Counted from the first letter of the stretch, positions 9,235-19,620 are shown. The stretch: DNA of 32,952 nt from Gammaproteobacteria bacterium (GCA_030430875.1 JAUIKI010000001.1:1-32952), one strand, 5' to 3'. The notes: generated from the sequence alone by a model not told the origin. A program made the numbers and translations.

Positions 9235-9262
9235 TTATGGGGATGATTTTGCAGAGTTCAAG
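9235..9262 (-). promoter_or_regulatory. Sigma32 (heat-shock) type promoter upstream of hslVU
   Basis: The minus strand reads CTTGAAC (9262-9256), then 13 nt, then CCCCATAA (9242-9235). The E. coli RpoH consensus is CTTGAAA-N13-15-CCCCATNT. The element lies directly after the ftsN-like stop and about 285 nt upstream of the hslV ATG. Confidence 0.5.
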
Positions 9263-9919
9263 TTATGGCTTGAGTTTTAGTAGTAATGTTTCAATATTGG
9301 CATTGGTCAACATCGTTTGAGCTTTTTGAGTCGTTTGAGTTGTTTTAAATGGACCGACTTGAACGCGATGCCAAGTTTCACCTTGTCTGACAGAAACAGT
9401 TTGCACTTTGGCTTCCAGGCCCATGAGTAGTAGTCTTGCTCTGAGTCGATCCGCATCTGCAGCATTGCGAAATGAGCCTGCTTGTAGCATGTAAGTGATT
9501 GATTCTGTTGATTCTGGTGTGCTAGGAGTTGTAACCATTTCATCATGGCTTGGGACAATCACCTCACTTTCTGGTAATAGTGTATAGAATTCAAAATAAG
9601 TCTCTTCCGCTTGTTTATCTGGTGTGGGTGCATCTGGTTCGGGGTTTTTTGTTGCTTGAGTCTCGGTTTCTGTGGAGGAGGGTTTTTTGTTATCCACCTT
9701 TGGTTGATTTTGTGTACTAGATTGCTGATTTTGGGCAACAATAGTTTGGCTGCTAGGCTTATCATCAGATGATGAGATAATAAAAAAGGCCAAAATAGCA
9801 ACGATGAAGCCACTGGCCATGCCATACATCAACATTAGCCAATTTGGAGTGGATTTCTTTACAGGTTTCCGGGTAGTTGGTTTCTTCTTTTTGGAACGTT
9901 TTACGTAATCATGCGCCAC
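9263..9919 (-). CDS. ftsN: SPOR-domain cell-division protein (FtsN-like)
   Basis: The 218-aa ORF has a basic N-terminus, one TM segment (WLMLMYGMASGFIVAILAFFII) and a Q/S/T/P-rich linker. Its C-terminal SPOR-like block reads YMLQAGSFRNAADADRLRARLLLMGLEAKV...WHRVQVGPF. It sits next to hslVU as ftsN does in E. coli. Confidence 0.7.
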   Translation of the reverse strand: MAHDYVKRSKKKKPTTRKPVKKSTPNWLMLMYGMASGFIVAILAFFIISSSDDKPSSQTIVAQNQQSSTQNQPKVDNKKPSSTETETQATKNPEPDAPTPDKQAEETYFEFYTLLPESEVIVPSHDEMVTTPSTPESTESITYMLQAGSFRNAADADRLRARLLLMGLEAKVQTVSVRQGETWHRVQVGPFKTTQTTQKAQTMLTNANIETLLLKLKP

Positions 9920-10229
9920 AGAGTGTTTCTCTATATGTTAAGGGTTAACAATTGCATTATCACAGCTATCTTCAAAATTAGGGTTTCTACTCAATTCATG
10001 CTTGTTGAGACGATTGCACTCAGACTATGATAGAAAAAACTGTCCGGAATACATGCTATATAAGAATGACTGTTGCTCTTATTCTGGCTATCTCAAAAAT
10101 GCTTTTCTAAAGAGGGCACTAGTCTGCCTTCATCATTGATTTTTTTCAACCGTTTTGCCTTTATATTTTGCTTTAAATCCATAATCAAACCATTTGGGAT
10201 CCCTATAATGAAACGATAACGGCAAAAAT

Positions 10230-10246
10230 AGAGATTAAAAATCTCC
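10230..10246 (-). terminator. Weak hairpin plus T-run downstream of argS
   Basis: The minus strand reads GGAGATT-TTT-AATCTCT followed by ATTTTTG. The stem is short and AT-rich. Confidence 0.3.
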
Positions 10247-10308
10247 GTGTTTTTTGTAAAGTTGACTATATAGTTGGCTATTGTCTGTGTTTTTTGCTGG
10301 AATGTTAG

Positions 10309-12051
10309 CTACATTACCTCAGGAGCAGAAACCCCTAAAATCGCAAGACCATTCGCAATCACTTGTTGAATTGCCATGATTAACAGTAATCGCGCATCGC
10401 GAATTTTTTGGTCCTCGACTAAGACTTTGTGAGTGTTGTAGTAGGCATGAAATTGAGCTGACAGTTCTTGTAGGTAGTGAGCAATGATGTGAGGGTCACA
10501 TTGATTTGCTGCGCTTTCTATGTGCTCAGGGTATTTTGCAATGAGACGCATTAACGAATTTTCCTCTTCTTCAGAAAGCACATTTAGATCATTAATTTGT
10601 TCCCAATGCCAGTTGGGGGCAGTGGTCGCGAGGTTGCGCACCACACTTGCAATGCGAGCATGGGCATATTGTATGTAATAAACCGGATTATCTTTGGTGT
10701 GTTTTTTTGCAAGTTCGAGATCAAAGTCCAAATGCTGATCAGGTTTTCGCATGACATAGAAAAAACGTGCGGCATCGTTGCTGACTTCTTCTCGCAGTTG
10801 ACGCAACGTTACGAATGATCCACTGCGTGTTGACATGGATAATCGTTCATTACCACGATAGAGAATGGCAAATTGTACTAGGCGTACATTTAGTTTGTCA
10901 GAGCTGCCTGTTAATGCCTGTAATGCAGCTTGAATTCGAGGAATATAACCATGATGATCTGCACCCCAAATATTGACGAGTTGATCATAGCCTCGAGATA
11001 ATTTATCAAAATGGTAGGCAATATCTGAGGCAAAATAGGTGGGTTGACCGTTTTCGCGAATTACCACACGGTTTTTTGTGTCGCCAAAATCTGTTGCACG
11101 AAACCACCATGCGCCTTCTTTTTGATAAAGATAATCAGCTTTTTTGAGCGCAGCAATTGCTGTTTCAAGCTTGGTATTTGTGAGTGATCTTTCCGAAAAC
11201 CAATGAGTGAAGTCAACACCAAACTCCGTTAAATCTTGTCGAATATCATCCAGAATATTAGAGAGTCCAGCATTAAAAACCACCTGGTAGTTTTCTGCGC
11301 CTAAGGTTGATTTTGCCAATGCAATGAGTTGATCCATTGTGCCTTCAGGATCATTCTGAGTAGCTGCTTCACTGGTTAATTCTTCTGGAAAAATATCAGG
11401 TGTTGTCATCAATTGTTTGCCATGTTTTTCTGACAGCTCATGCGCAATATCTCTGACATAATCTCCTTGATAAGCATTGTTTGGAAAAGGCACTAGGCAG
11501 TGATTACTTTGTAAATAGCGTAGCCAGATACTCAACGCAAGAATATCCATTTGTCGCCCGGCATCATTGACATAATATTCAGTTTCAACATTAAAGCCGA
11601 CAGTTTTTAATAAGTTAGCTAGGCTGGCTCCGTATGCTGCTCCGCGACCGTGACCAACATGTAGTGGTCCAGTTGGGTTAGCAGAAACAAATTCGATCAG
11701 CACTTTTTTATTGTTGCCAACTGTTGATGTTCCAAATTGAGTTTGTTGCATTAATATAGTTTTTAAAAGCTGGTGATAGCTGCTCTTGGCTAAATAGAAA
11801 TTAATAAAACCTGGTGGTGCAATGTCAATACGTTCGATAGCATCGTTTGCTGGAATATGGTTTTTTATTATCTCTGCAATTTCCAGTGGATTTTTTTTAA
11901 GCGGTTTGGCAAGCATCAATGCGATATTGCAGGCAAAGTCGCCATGTTCTTTTGATCTAGTGCGTTCAATAGAAATTTTAGGTAGATCATTTTGATCCAG
12001 TGCTAAAGATTGCAGTGATTGGGTGATTAAATTGATAAGTTGTTGTTTCAT
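10309..12051 (-). CDS. argS: Arginine--tRNA ligase
   Basis: The 580-aa ORF has the class I HIGH-type motif SANPTGPLHVGHGRGA, an MSTRSG (KMSKS-like) motif, and a C-terminal anticodon-binding region ending in M. Confidence 0.95.
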   Translation of the reverse strand: MKQQLINLITQSLQSLALDQNDLPKISIERTRSKEHGDFACNIALMLAKPLKKNPLEIAEIIKNHIPANDAIERIDIAPPGFINFYLAKSSYHQLLKTILMQQTQFGTSTVGNNKKVLIEFVSANPTGPLHVGHGRGAAYGASLANLLKTVGFNVETEYYVNDAGRQMDILALSIWLRYLQSNHCLVPFPNNAYQGDYVRDIAHELSEKHGKQLMTTPDIFPEELTSEAATQNDPEGTMDQLIALAKSTLGAENYQVVFNAGLSNILDDIRQDLTEFGVDFTHWFSERSLTNTKLETAIAALKKADYLYQKEGAWWFRATDFGDTKNRVVIRENGQPTYFASDIAYHFDKLSRGYDQLVNIWGADHHGYIPRIQAALQALTGSSDKLNVRLVQFAILYRGNERLSMSTRSGSFVTLRQLREEVSNDAARFFYVMRKPDQHLDFDLELAKKHTKDNPVYYIQYAHARIASVVRNLATTAPNWHWEQINDLNVLSEEEENSLMRLIAKYPEHIESAANQCDPHIIAHYLQELSAQFHAYYNTHKVLVEDQKIRDARLLLIMAIQQVIANGLAILGVSAPEVM

Positions 12052-12830
12052 GATGACTTCGTTTCGTTAAATTGTCCGTGGTGACCCATACCTTGTGTGA
12101 ATTGTTTGGCGCCTTGTTGAGATTCAAGGCTCGCAATGGTTGCTAGCCCATGGTTGAATTCGTTGGCAAGCGCTGCAGAAAGGTCAAGATTGTGTTGTTC
12201 ATATGCGCTTTTCCTATCACTTCGCAAGCAGTTTTGCGGGAATGCTTGTAATTGTTTTGCCAATTTTTTTGCTGCTATTAATGCTTGTCCAGTTGGGACT
12301 AATCGATTAGCAAGACCTATATTATACGCTTCAAGACTTTCAACCGCACGTCCAGTTAAAATTAGATCCATGGCTCGACTTAAACCGATTAACCTTGGCA
12401 GACGTATCGTGCCACCATCTATTAATGGCACACCAAAACGCCGACAAAAAACCCCAAGAATGGCTGATTCATCAATGATTCGCAGGTCGCACCAAAGGGC
12501 TAATTCTAGTCCTCCGGCAACTGCATAGCCTGAAATAGAAGCAATGACAGGTTTAGATAATGATAAATGGGTTGGACCCAGTGGGCCGCTGTTTTTTTCA
12601 TTAAGCGTTGATTGAAATTTGCCATTGGCGACCGTGTTTAAATCTGCACCGGCACAAAAATGTTCGCCTGCACCGGTTAGAATAGCAACTGTTGAATCTT
12701 TGTCTTGGTCAAAAGCCAAAAATGCACTGTGTAATGCTTCTGCTGTTTGTGGGCAGATAGCATTCCTTACATCTGGACGATTAATGGTAATTGTCCAGAT
12801 GCCTTTCTGCTTTTCAATTTGAACCAACAT
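12048..12830 (-). CDS. Enoyl-CoA hydratase/isomerase (crotonase) family protein
   Basis: The 260-aa ORF has the crotonase signatures FCAGADL and GYAVAGGLELALWCDLRI. Its stop overlaps the argS ATG in an ATGA. Confidence 0.85.
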   Translation of the reverse strand: MLVQIEKQKGIWTITINRPDVRNAICPQTAEALHSAFLAFDQDKDSTVAILTGAGEHFCAGADLNTVANGKFQSTLNEKNSGPLGPTHLSLSKPVIASISGYAVAGGLELALWCDLRIIDESAILGVFCRRFGVPLIDGGTIRLPRLIGLSRAMDLILTGRAVESLEAYNIGLANRLVPTGQALIAAKKLAKQLQAFPQNCLRSDRKSAYEQHNLDLSAALANEFNHGLATIASLESQQGAKQFTQGMGHHGQFNETKSS

Positions 12831-12855
12831 AAAATTTCATTTCTCTAATTAAGGG

Positions 12856-15036
12856 TTACACGACATCAAGAGGGTCTATATCAATGGAGCAGCGGACACT
12901 CTTTGCGTTACTTTTGGTTATTTTAGCATGGATGTTGGCGATTAAACGTAGCAGTAATTGACGTTTTTTGGATTGTAGTAATAAATTTGCTCGATACCTT
13001 CCTGCGCGTTTCTCCATGAGAGCAGAAACTGGCCCAAGAAGCTCTATACCATCATGTTTTGCTTGATGTATGATATGTTTTTTGAGTTCAAATAAAAATT
13101 GTTTAGCATGTTCTGGCTTGCTAGATTCAGCTCGAATGAGTGCTTGAAAACTAAATGGGGGTAACCCAGCTTCTCGTCGCTCTGTTAATAAATTTTTGGC
13201 AGCAGATTTATAGTCATGTTGACGTAGAAAATTAAACAATGGATGTGATGGGTGGTGAGTTTGGACCAAAACTGTCCCAGGATGTTTGCCACGACCAGCT
13301 CGCCCAGCTGTTTGGAGAAAAAGCTGAGCCATTTTTTCTGTGCCGCGAAAATCTGCACTAAATAGCCCCGTGTCAATATTCAAGATAACCACGAGTGAAA
13401 TGGTGGCAAAGTCATGGCCTTTGGCTAGCAATTGCGTTCCAACTAAAATAATTGGTTTTGGTTGCTGCATACGTGCGACGATATTGCCCATCGACTGCTT
13501 TTTACGAATAGTGTCTCGATCTACTCGAATAATCTCAGTGGTTGGAAATTGTTTTTTTAGCTCTTCTTCGCAGCGTTCAGTTCCGTGACCAAAGGGACCA
13601 ACATCATTTTTTTGACAACTTGGACAATGAGTAGGAATAGATTGACGAGCATCACAATGATGGCATTGTAGTTCTAATGGAGAAAAATGTACGGTTAGAT
13701 TGGCATCACAAAAGTTACATTTTGCTACCCATCCGCAGTGGTGACATAAGAAAATTGGTGCAAAGCCGCGACGATTAATCAACACAAGCACATGTTGTTG
13801 ATCTTCTAGCTGTATTTTGATGGCTTTGAGTGTGGACTGCGTAAATCCTTCAATCAGTTTTTGATTGCGGATATCAACTAATTGAACAGTGGGTAAGTTA
13901 GCATTATTTGCTCGTTTGTCTAAAAAAAGTTGTTGAAATCTTCCTTGCTGAGCATTATGGATACTTTCAAGAGAGGGTGTTGCTGAGCCTAAAATAATGG
14001 GAATATTTTCAAGTTGAGCTCGTTTAATGGCGCTATCTCTGGCCGAATAACGCAGTCGATCTTGTTGTTTGAATGAGCTGTCATGCTCTTCATCAATGAT
14101 GATTAAACCAAGTTGAGGTATAGGTAAAAAAACTGCCGATCGAGTGCCGATCAAAATAGCAAGATTTCCAGTAAAAAGTTCAACCCAGGTGTCATAACGC
14201 TCAGTATCATTCAGGTTTGAATGATAAACACCAACGCTTGCGCCGAAACGCTGTTTGAAACGTTGAACAGTTTGTGGAGTCAATCCAATTTCAGGGACTA
14301 ATATTAAGACTTGTTGCTTGCGAGCAACAATTTGATCAATAACGGAAAAGTACACTTCTGTTTTGCCGCTGCCGGTCACGCCTTGTAGTAATGTACATGA
14401 GAATTTAGTTAGTTGCGTTGAAATAGCAATTACGCAGTTTTGTTGCTCGTCAGTGAGTTGCTTTTTTTCACCAGTTAAAGAAATAATTACAGGACTTTTT
14501 GGTGTTTCATAAAAACGGACATAGCCTTTTTTTTGCAGTATTTTTAGTGTCTTGAGCTCAATTTCATAGTGTTTTAATTGATCTTGCTCTATGTCATGTT
14601 GTTCTTTTAATGTGACCAAGGTTTTTTTTTGTAATAACGCATTAGCGCGAATTTTCGGTAGCATGTCACAGCCCTGCTCAGTGATTTGCCACATTTTATT
14701 CATTTGCGGTTGGATGGGTTTCTCGATATTTAGTTTCTTTGGAAGAGCGTAACGAAAAATTTCTCCCATAGGGAAAAAATAGTAATGTGATTGCCATTGA
14801 TAAAAAGCAATGAGTTCAGGGGAGAAAAGGGGCAACTGATCGATAATTTTTTCTATGGGCTTGAGTTTTTCTGTGCTGATTTGAGAGTTTTCTGTGATAT
14901 CGGTAATGACACCGACAATTTTTCGCCTGCCAAATGGTGCGATTACACGAACACCTGGTTGTGCCGGCTGAGGAAGAAGGTAATCAAACAGCCGATTCAG
15001 GTGCGTTAAAACGGCAACTTTTGCAATTTTTGTCAT
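12856..15036 (-). CDS. priA: Primosomal protein N' (replication restart helicase PriA)
   Basis: The 726-aa ORF has Walker A (GVTGSGKTEVY) and a DEEHD box. Its Cys-rich zinc region reads CHHCGW..CNFCD...CHHCD...CPSC. Confidence 0.95.
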   Translation of the reverse strand: MTKIAKVAVLTHLNRLFDYLLPQPAQPGVRVIAPFGRRKIVGVITDITENSQISTEKLKPIEKIIDQLPLFSPELIAFYQWQSHYYFFPMGEIFRYALPKKLNIEKPIQPQMNKMWQITEQGCDMLPKIRANALLQKKTLVTLKEQHDIEQDQLKHYEIELKTLKILQKKGYVRFYETPKSPVIISLTGEKKQLTDEQQNCVIAISTQLTKFSCTLLQGVTGSGKTEVYFSVIDQIVARKQQVLILVPEIGLTPQTVQRFKQRFGASVGVYHSNLNDTERYDTWVELFTGNLAILIGTRSAVFLPIPQLGLIIIDEEHDSSFKQQDRLRYSARDSAIKRAQLENIPIILGSATPSLESIHNAQQGRFQQLFLDKRANNANLPTVQLVDIRNQKLIEGFTQSTLKAIKIQLEDQQHVLVLINRRGFAPIFLCHHCGWVAKCNFCDANLTVHFSPLELQCHHCDARQSIPTHCPSCQKNDVGPFGHGTERCEEELKKQFPTTEIIRVDRDTIRKKQSMGNIVARMQQPKPIILVGTQLLAKGHDFATISLVVILNIDTGLFSADFRGTEKMAQLFLQTAGRAGRGKHPGTVLVQTHHPSHPLFNFLRQHDYKSAAKNLLTERREAGLPPFSFQALIRAESSKPEHAKQFLFELKKHIIHQAKHDGIELLGPVSALMEKRAGRYRANLLLQSKKRQLLLRLIANIHAKITKSNAKSVRCSIDIDPLDVV

Positions 15037-15209
15037 TACACTACAAGGGGTTGAGGGTTGTCACGGTTCAATAACAAAGCAAGACCGGATTGAAATATAA
15101 CTCAAGACAGGAGTCTGTGCGACGCTAATTGAGGAGTATAACACGGGTGACTATTTTAAAAGATCGCGTAACAGTTTGAGTTGAATCGCAGACATTTTGT
15201 TTGAGTTAT

Positions 15210-15218
15210 TGTTATAAT
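15210..15218 (+). promoter_or_regulatory. Extended -10 element (TGTTATAAT), candidate gmk promoter
   Basis: TGnTATAAT lies at 15210-15218, about 30 nt upstream of gmk in the priA/gmk divergent spacer. There is no convincing -35. Confidence 0.3.
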
Positions 15219-15247
15219 ACACTTAACTTGATAATTAAGCATAGTCC

Positions 15248-15865
15248 ATGATTATGAGAGGAACCTTATACATCATTTCCGCACCATCTGGTGCTGGGAA
15301 AACAAGCCTTGTTCACGCACTTTGTGAGCATATGCCTAATTTGCAAATATCTGTTTCTAGTACGACCCGAGCAAGGCGGGCCAATGAAGTTGATGGTCAG
15401 GATTATCATTTTGTCTCGAAAGACCTGTTTTTAGAACGGGTCAAAGCCGGTGATTTTTTGGAATATGCAGAAGTGTTCGGTCATTTTTATGGCACATCAC
15501 AATCATGGGTTGAATCGATACTTGATCAGGGACAAGATGTGGTTCTAGAGATTGACTGGCAAGGAGCAGCTCAGGTCCGCAAAAAATGGCCTGGCAGTGT
15601 GAGTGTGTTTATTCTTCCGCCATCAAAGGCTGCATTATTAGCACGCCTTAACGCCAGAGGCCAAGACGATGAAACTATCATTCAGGCAAGAATGGCATCC
15701 GCTTTGGATCAGATGTCACATTATGCTGAATTTAACTATTTAGTAGTTAATGATGATTTCAGTGTTGCCTTAGCTGATCTTGAAGCGATTGTTCGAGCAG
15801 AAAGAATGACTTTGGCGCGCCAACAGTGGAGATTTCAGCCTTTGTTACAGGTATTATTGAACTGA
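15248..15865 (+). CDS. gmk: Guanylate kinase
   Basis: The ORF reads M(IM)RGTLYIISAPSGAGKTSL, a P-loop. Alignment with my memory of E. coli Gmk favours the second ATG at 15254 as the start. Confidence 0.93.
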   Translation: MIMRGTLYIISAPSGAGKTSLVHALCEHMPNLQISVSSTTRARRANEVDGQDYHFVSKDLFLERVKAGDFLEYAEVFGHFYGTSQSWVESILDQGQDVVLEIDWQGAAQVRKKWPGSVSVFILPPSKAALLARLNARGQDDETIIQARMASALDQMSHYAEFNYLVVNDDFSVALADLEAIVRAERMTLARQQWRFQPLLQVLLN

Positions 15866-16191
15866 TTTGTTAATAAAGCGCAGATTTTATATTGAATGCT
15901 TAATGGGTCTCAATATGATTTAATGTTGCCGTTTGTTCCTTCAGACCGACCAATTGTTAAATGAATAATTGCAATTTAATCGTAATCTTTGCTTCAAAGT
16001 GGACGACCGTTCCCGATGACTGTTATGTCAACAGTTAGTTGTTATTAACTCCCTTACTGCTGATTGTAACTTGTTTCTTAATGATTTCAGCACAAACTTA
16101 TCAGCAATCAATTTCTTTTCTGTCAAAAATTCGCTAGAATCAAACTGTGACTAAATAAATGAAGTCTAAACTCGATTGAGAAGGTGTTTTT

Positions 16192-16485
16192 ATGGCTAGA
16201 ATTACTGTAGAAGATTGCTTAGATAATGTAGACAATCGCTTTGAGTTAGTTTTGTTGGCAACCAAGCGAGCTCGAAATCTTGCAAATCGAGGGGCAACTC
16301 CCAAAGTCCCTGAAGATAACGATAAACCAACCGTGATTGCCTTGCGAGAAATTGCATCAGGTTTGATTGATTCAAATACTGTTGATAAACAAGACGTATC
16401 CGTAAGCGATGAAAGCGAGCATGTCGAAGAAGAGCAGATCATTGAGTTTTCTCCAAGACCAACTCCAAAAACTGAGAGTGAGTAA
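16192..16485 (+). CDS. rpoZ: DNA-directed RNA polymerase subunit omega
   Basis: The ORF starts [30 protein letters not shown]. An SD-like GAAGG lies upstream. The gmk-rpoZ-spoT order is conserved. Confidence 0.95.
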   Translation: MARITVEDCLDNVDNRFELVLLATKRARNLANRGATPKVPEDNDKPTVIALREIASGLIDSNTVDKQDVSVSDESEHVEEEQIIEFSPRPTPKTESE

Positions 16486-16537
16486 TCGAGAGTCTTTTGC
16501 AAAGCGCTTGATTGTAATCCTGCTAATGAGGTGAGCT

Positions 16538-18673
16538 TTGCTGCCTGCCGAAGAAGATTTTTTCAAAAATCGTATCAATTATATTTCACCTGAGCATATC
16601 GATCAGGTGAAATCTGCCTATCTTTACGCAAAAGAAGCACACGAAGGTCAACAGCGTCGCAGTGGTGAGCCATATATTACTCACCCACTTGCCGTTGCCG
16701 AAATTTTGGCAAATATGAATATTGACTACCAAAGTCTGATGGCTGCTATGTTGCATGATGTCATAGAAGATACTGCTGTGACCAAGCATACATTAGCAAA
16801 GTTGTTCGGCGAAAAAGTAGCAGAATTAGTGGATGGTGTGAGTAAGCTAGATCGTTTGCAATTTGAGTCATTAGCAGAAGCTCAAGCTGAAAATTTGCGA
16901 AAAATGACGATGGCAATGGCAAAAGATTTACGTGTAATTTTAATCAAACTTGCTGATAGACTTCATAATATGCGCACGTTGCATGTATTAACATCTGAAA
17001 AGCGTCGTAGAATTGCTCGAGAAACGCTAGAAATTTATGCGCCTATTGCAAATCGATTAGGGATGAATGATGTGCGGGTTGAGTTAGAAGATTTGTGTTT
17101 TGCGGCAATTTATCCCATGCGTGCTGAGCGTATTCGACGCGCTGTGAAGTTGGCGCGTGGTAATCGTAGGGAATTACTTGAAAAAATCAAAAAGTCTATT
17201 GAAAACTGCCTGCAACGCGAAACATTACAAGCTGAAGTATGTGGGCGAGAAAAGCATCTTTATAGCATGTATCAAAAAATGAAAAGCAAGCACAAATCAT
17301 TTGCCGAAATTATGGATGTTTACGCATTTCGCATCATTGTCGATTCTGTTGATATGTGCTATCGAGTTTTAGGCGCGGTACACAATCTTTATAAACCGGT
17401 TCCTGGGCGTTTCAAAGACTACATTGCAATTCCAAAATCAAATGGTTATCAATCCTTGCACACTATTTTGTTTGGAATGCATGGTGTACCCATTGAAATT
17501 CAAATTCGCACACATGCCATGGAGGCTATGGCAAATTATGGAATTGCTGCACATTGGTTGTATAAATCAGAAGAAAAATTAGACGTCAATCATGTTCGTG
17601 CACGTGAATGGCTAAAAGGCTTGTTGGATATGCAAAAACAAGCAGGGAATTCACTGGAATTTATCGAGCACATGAAAGTGGATTTATTTCCAGATGAAAT
17701 TTATGTGTTTACTCCAAATGGAGAAATACTAGAACTTCCAAAAAATTCAACTGCTGTTGATTTTGCTTATGCTGTACATACAGGAATTGGTAATAGCTGT
17801 GTGGCATGTCGAATTGATCGAAGGGTGGCGCCATTGAGTACGCAATTACAGAATGGCCAAACTATTGAAGTAATGAGATCAGATAGCGCTCATCCAAATC
17901 CAGCGTGGTTAAATTTTGTCGTGACGGCTAAAGCGCGCAGTCATATTCGGCATTACTTGAAGCAAAAACATCAATCTGAAGTGGTAAATCTTGGCAAGCG
18001 CATGTTAAGCAATGCCTTAGCGAGTTTTCACAAGGAAATCCATCAACTAGATGAGCAGCATACAAAAAAAGCATTAATACAATTTAATGTTAAGTCACTT
18101 GATGAGTTATGTGCTGAAATTGGACTGGGTGTTCGTATGGCCTATTTGGTTGCTATGGCTTTAGTGAATAAATCAGAAACCTCTCAAGAAAAAGCAGCTG
18201 CAGCTAAAACTAAACCACTTGCGATTAAAGGTACAGAAGGGTTGGTTATCAGTTATGCAAAATGTTGTCATCCAATTCCAGGTGACCCTATTACTGGACA
18301 TTTAAGTGTGGGACGTGGCTTGGTGGTGCACACATCTAACTGCAAAAATATTTTGGGAATACTTGAAAACAAAGAAAAATGTTTGGAGATCACTTGGGAT
18401 GAAGCAGTTTCTGGTGAATTCACGATTGAATTGAAAGTTGAATTAGAAAATGCACGCGGTATCATTGCAGAACTAGCCACCATCATCACTAGCTATGATG
18501 CGAGTATTGAAAAAATTGATTTGGCTGAAAAAGATGAAAGAATTAGTAGTGTTCGCTTGACATTGGGAGTGAAAAATCGAGTTCATTTAGCTAATGTTAT
18601 TAAAAAAATTCGCACATTAAATGTTGTTGAGCGTGTTAGTCGTATCAAAAATTATTCTCAAAAAAAACTGTAA
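16538..18673 (+). CDS. spoT: Bifunctional (p)ppGpp synthetase/hydrolase (SpoT/Rel)
   Basis: The 711-aa ORF has a TTG start preceded by GAGGTG. The HD hydrolase block GEPYITHPLAVAEIL...HDVIEDT is present. The synthetase region (YRVLGAVHNLYKP..FKDYIA.PK.NGYQSLHT) and the TGS and ACT-like C-terminus follow. Confidence 0.9.
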   Translation: MLPAEEDFFKNRINYISPEHIDQVKSAYLYAKEAHEGQQRRSGEPYITHPLAVAEILANMNIDYQSLMAAMLHDVIEDTAVTKHTLAKLFGEKVAELVDGVSKLDRLQFESLAEAQAENLRKMTMAMAKDLRVILIKLADRLHNMRTLHVLTSEKRRRIARETLEIYAPIANRLGMNDVRVELEDLCFAAIYPMRAERIRRAVKLARGNRRELLEKIKKSIENCLQRETLQAEVCGREKHLYSMYQKMKSKHKSFAEIMDVYAFRIIVDSVDMCYRVLGAVHNLYKPVPGRFKDYIAIPKSNGYQSLHTILFGMHGVPIEIQIRTHAMEAMANYGIAAHWLYKSEEKLDVNHVRAREWLKGLLDMQKQAGNSLEFIEHMKVDLFPDEIYVFTPNGEILELPKNSTAVDFAYAVHTGIGNSCVACRIDRRVAPLSTQLQNGQTIEVMRSDSAHPNPAWLNFVVTAKARSHIRHYLKQKHQSEVVNLGKRMLSNALASFHKEIHQLDEQHTKKALIQFNVKSLDELCAEIGLGVRMAYLVAMALVNKSETSQEKAAAAKTKPLAIKGTEGLVISYAKCCHPIPGDPITGHLSVGRGLVVHTSNCKNILGILENKEKCLEITWDEAVSGEFTIELKVELENARGIIAELATIITSYDASIEKIDLAEKDERISSVRLTLGVKNRVHLANVIKKIRTLNVVERVSRIKNYSQKKL

Positions 18674-18685
18674 GGAACGTTGATT

Positions 18686-19084
18686 ATGCCAAAAGAAATT
18701 ATTAATACAGTAAATGCTCCGAGTGCTATTGGCACTTATTCTCAAGCTGTGAAAGTCGGGAAAATAGTTTATTTGTCCGGACAAATTCCATTGGTTCCTG
18801 ATACTATGGAAATGATTAGCAATGATATTGAGCAACAAATTCATCAAGTGTTTAAAAATCTTTCTGCTGTGGCCGAGGCAGCAGGTGCTGATTTGCAGGC
18901 AATGGTTAAACTGAATATTTATCTTACAAATCTTGCTCATTTTCCAGCAGTCAATGAAATCATGAGTCAGTATTTCAAAGAACCTTATCCAGCGCGTGCT
19001 GCCATTGGTGTGGCAGCACTGCCGAAAAATGCGCAAGTAGAAATGGATGGCATCATTGATTTAAATGAAGATTATAGCTATTAA
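18686..19084 (+). CDS. ridA: RidA/YjgF-family reactive-intermediate deaminase
   Basis: The ORF reads [22 protein letters not shown]...[21 protein letters not shown]. The ATG at 18686 is better placed after AAGGA than the TTG at 18680. Confidence 0.85.
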   Translation: MPKEIINTVNAPSAIGTYSQAVKVGKIVYLSGQIPLVPDTMEMISNDIEQQIHQVFKNLSAVAEAAGADLQAMVKLNIYLTNLAHFPAVNEIMSQYFKEPYPARAAIGVAALPKNAQVEMDGIIDLNEDYSY

Positions 19085-19105
19085 CCAGTAAATTTTTTTG
19101 CTGGT
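19084..19105. terminator. Hairpin between convergent ridA and the rhodanese gene (possible bidirectional terminator)
   Basis: ACCAGTAAA-TTTT-TTTGCTGGT forms a 9-bp stem including one G-U pair. The flanks are T-rich and A-rich. Confidence 0.4.
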
Positions 19106-19122
19106 TATTGATTGCTTGAATC

Positions 19123-19620
19123 TTAGTTTGAAACAAATTCTAGCGCCGTTTCATTTTCATCAACTGCTGGGCCTAATTCATATAAATTACGGTAACCATA
19201 TTCATATAATGTAATGAAAGTAGGCACGTTTAATGAAACGGCTGTTTTTGTTAGAAAGGCTGGGCTGTTATTCGTGAAATTGTTATTGCAATAAATTAAA
19301 ATTTTTGTATCTTTGCTAGGAAATATGTCCGCTAAATCGTTTTCAGTGAAATCAGAATAATTCAAATGAACAGCACCTTTGATATGTTTTTGGTTGTAAC
19401 GATGTTCGCTGCGTGCATCCAAAATAATCGTGCCAGGCTCTTTTGATAACGCAATAAATGTCTCGACATCGACGCGACGTTTTTCCCGAAACGGTTCAAC
19501 CTCTTTGACAGCTTCAGTAAATCGACCAAAATCAATCTGGGGATTATCTATTTTTTCTTCTCCAAAAGTGTGGGTGCAAACGAACAGTAAAGCCGTGCAT
19601 AAAATTAGTGATCGTTTCAT
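19123..19620 (-). CDS. Exported rhodanese-like domain protein
   Basis: The 165-aa ORF has a signal peptide, MKRSLILCTALLFVCTHTFG|EEK. The rhodanese-like core reads ILDARSEHRYNQKHIKGAVHL...ILIYCNNNF. Confidence 0.7.
   Translation of the reverse strand: MKRSLILCTALLFVCTHTFGEEKIDNPQIDFGRFTEAVKEVEPFREKRRVDVETFIALSKEPGTIILDARSEHRYNQKHIKGAVHLNYSDFTENDLADIFPSKDTKILIYCNNNFTNNSPAFLTKTAVSLNVPTFITLYEYGYRNLYELGPAVDENETALEFVSN

Noticed and set aside
15866-16191. A long (326-bp) gmk-rpoZ spacer, examined for a tRNA or sRNA.
   Set aside because: It contains only short 5-6 bp stems, no cloverleaf, and no terminator-like hairpin with a T-run. A TAGAAT at 16135-16140 is probably the rpoZ promoter -10.
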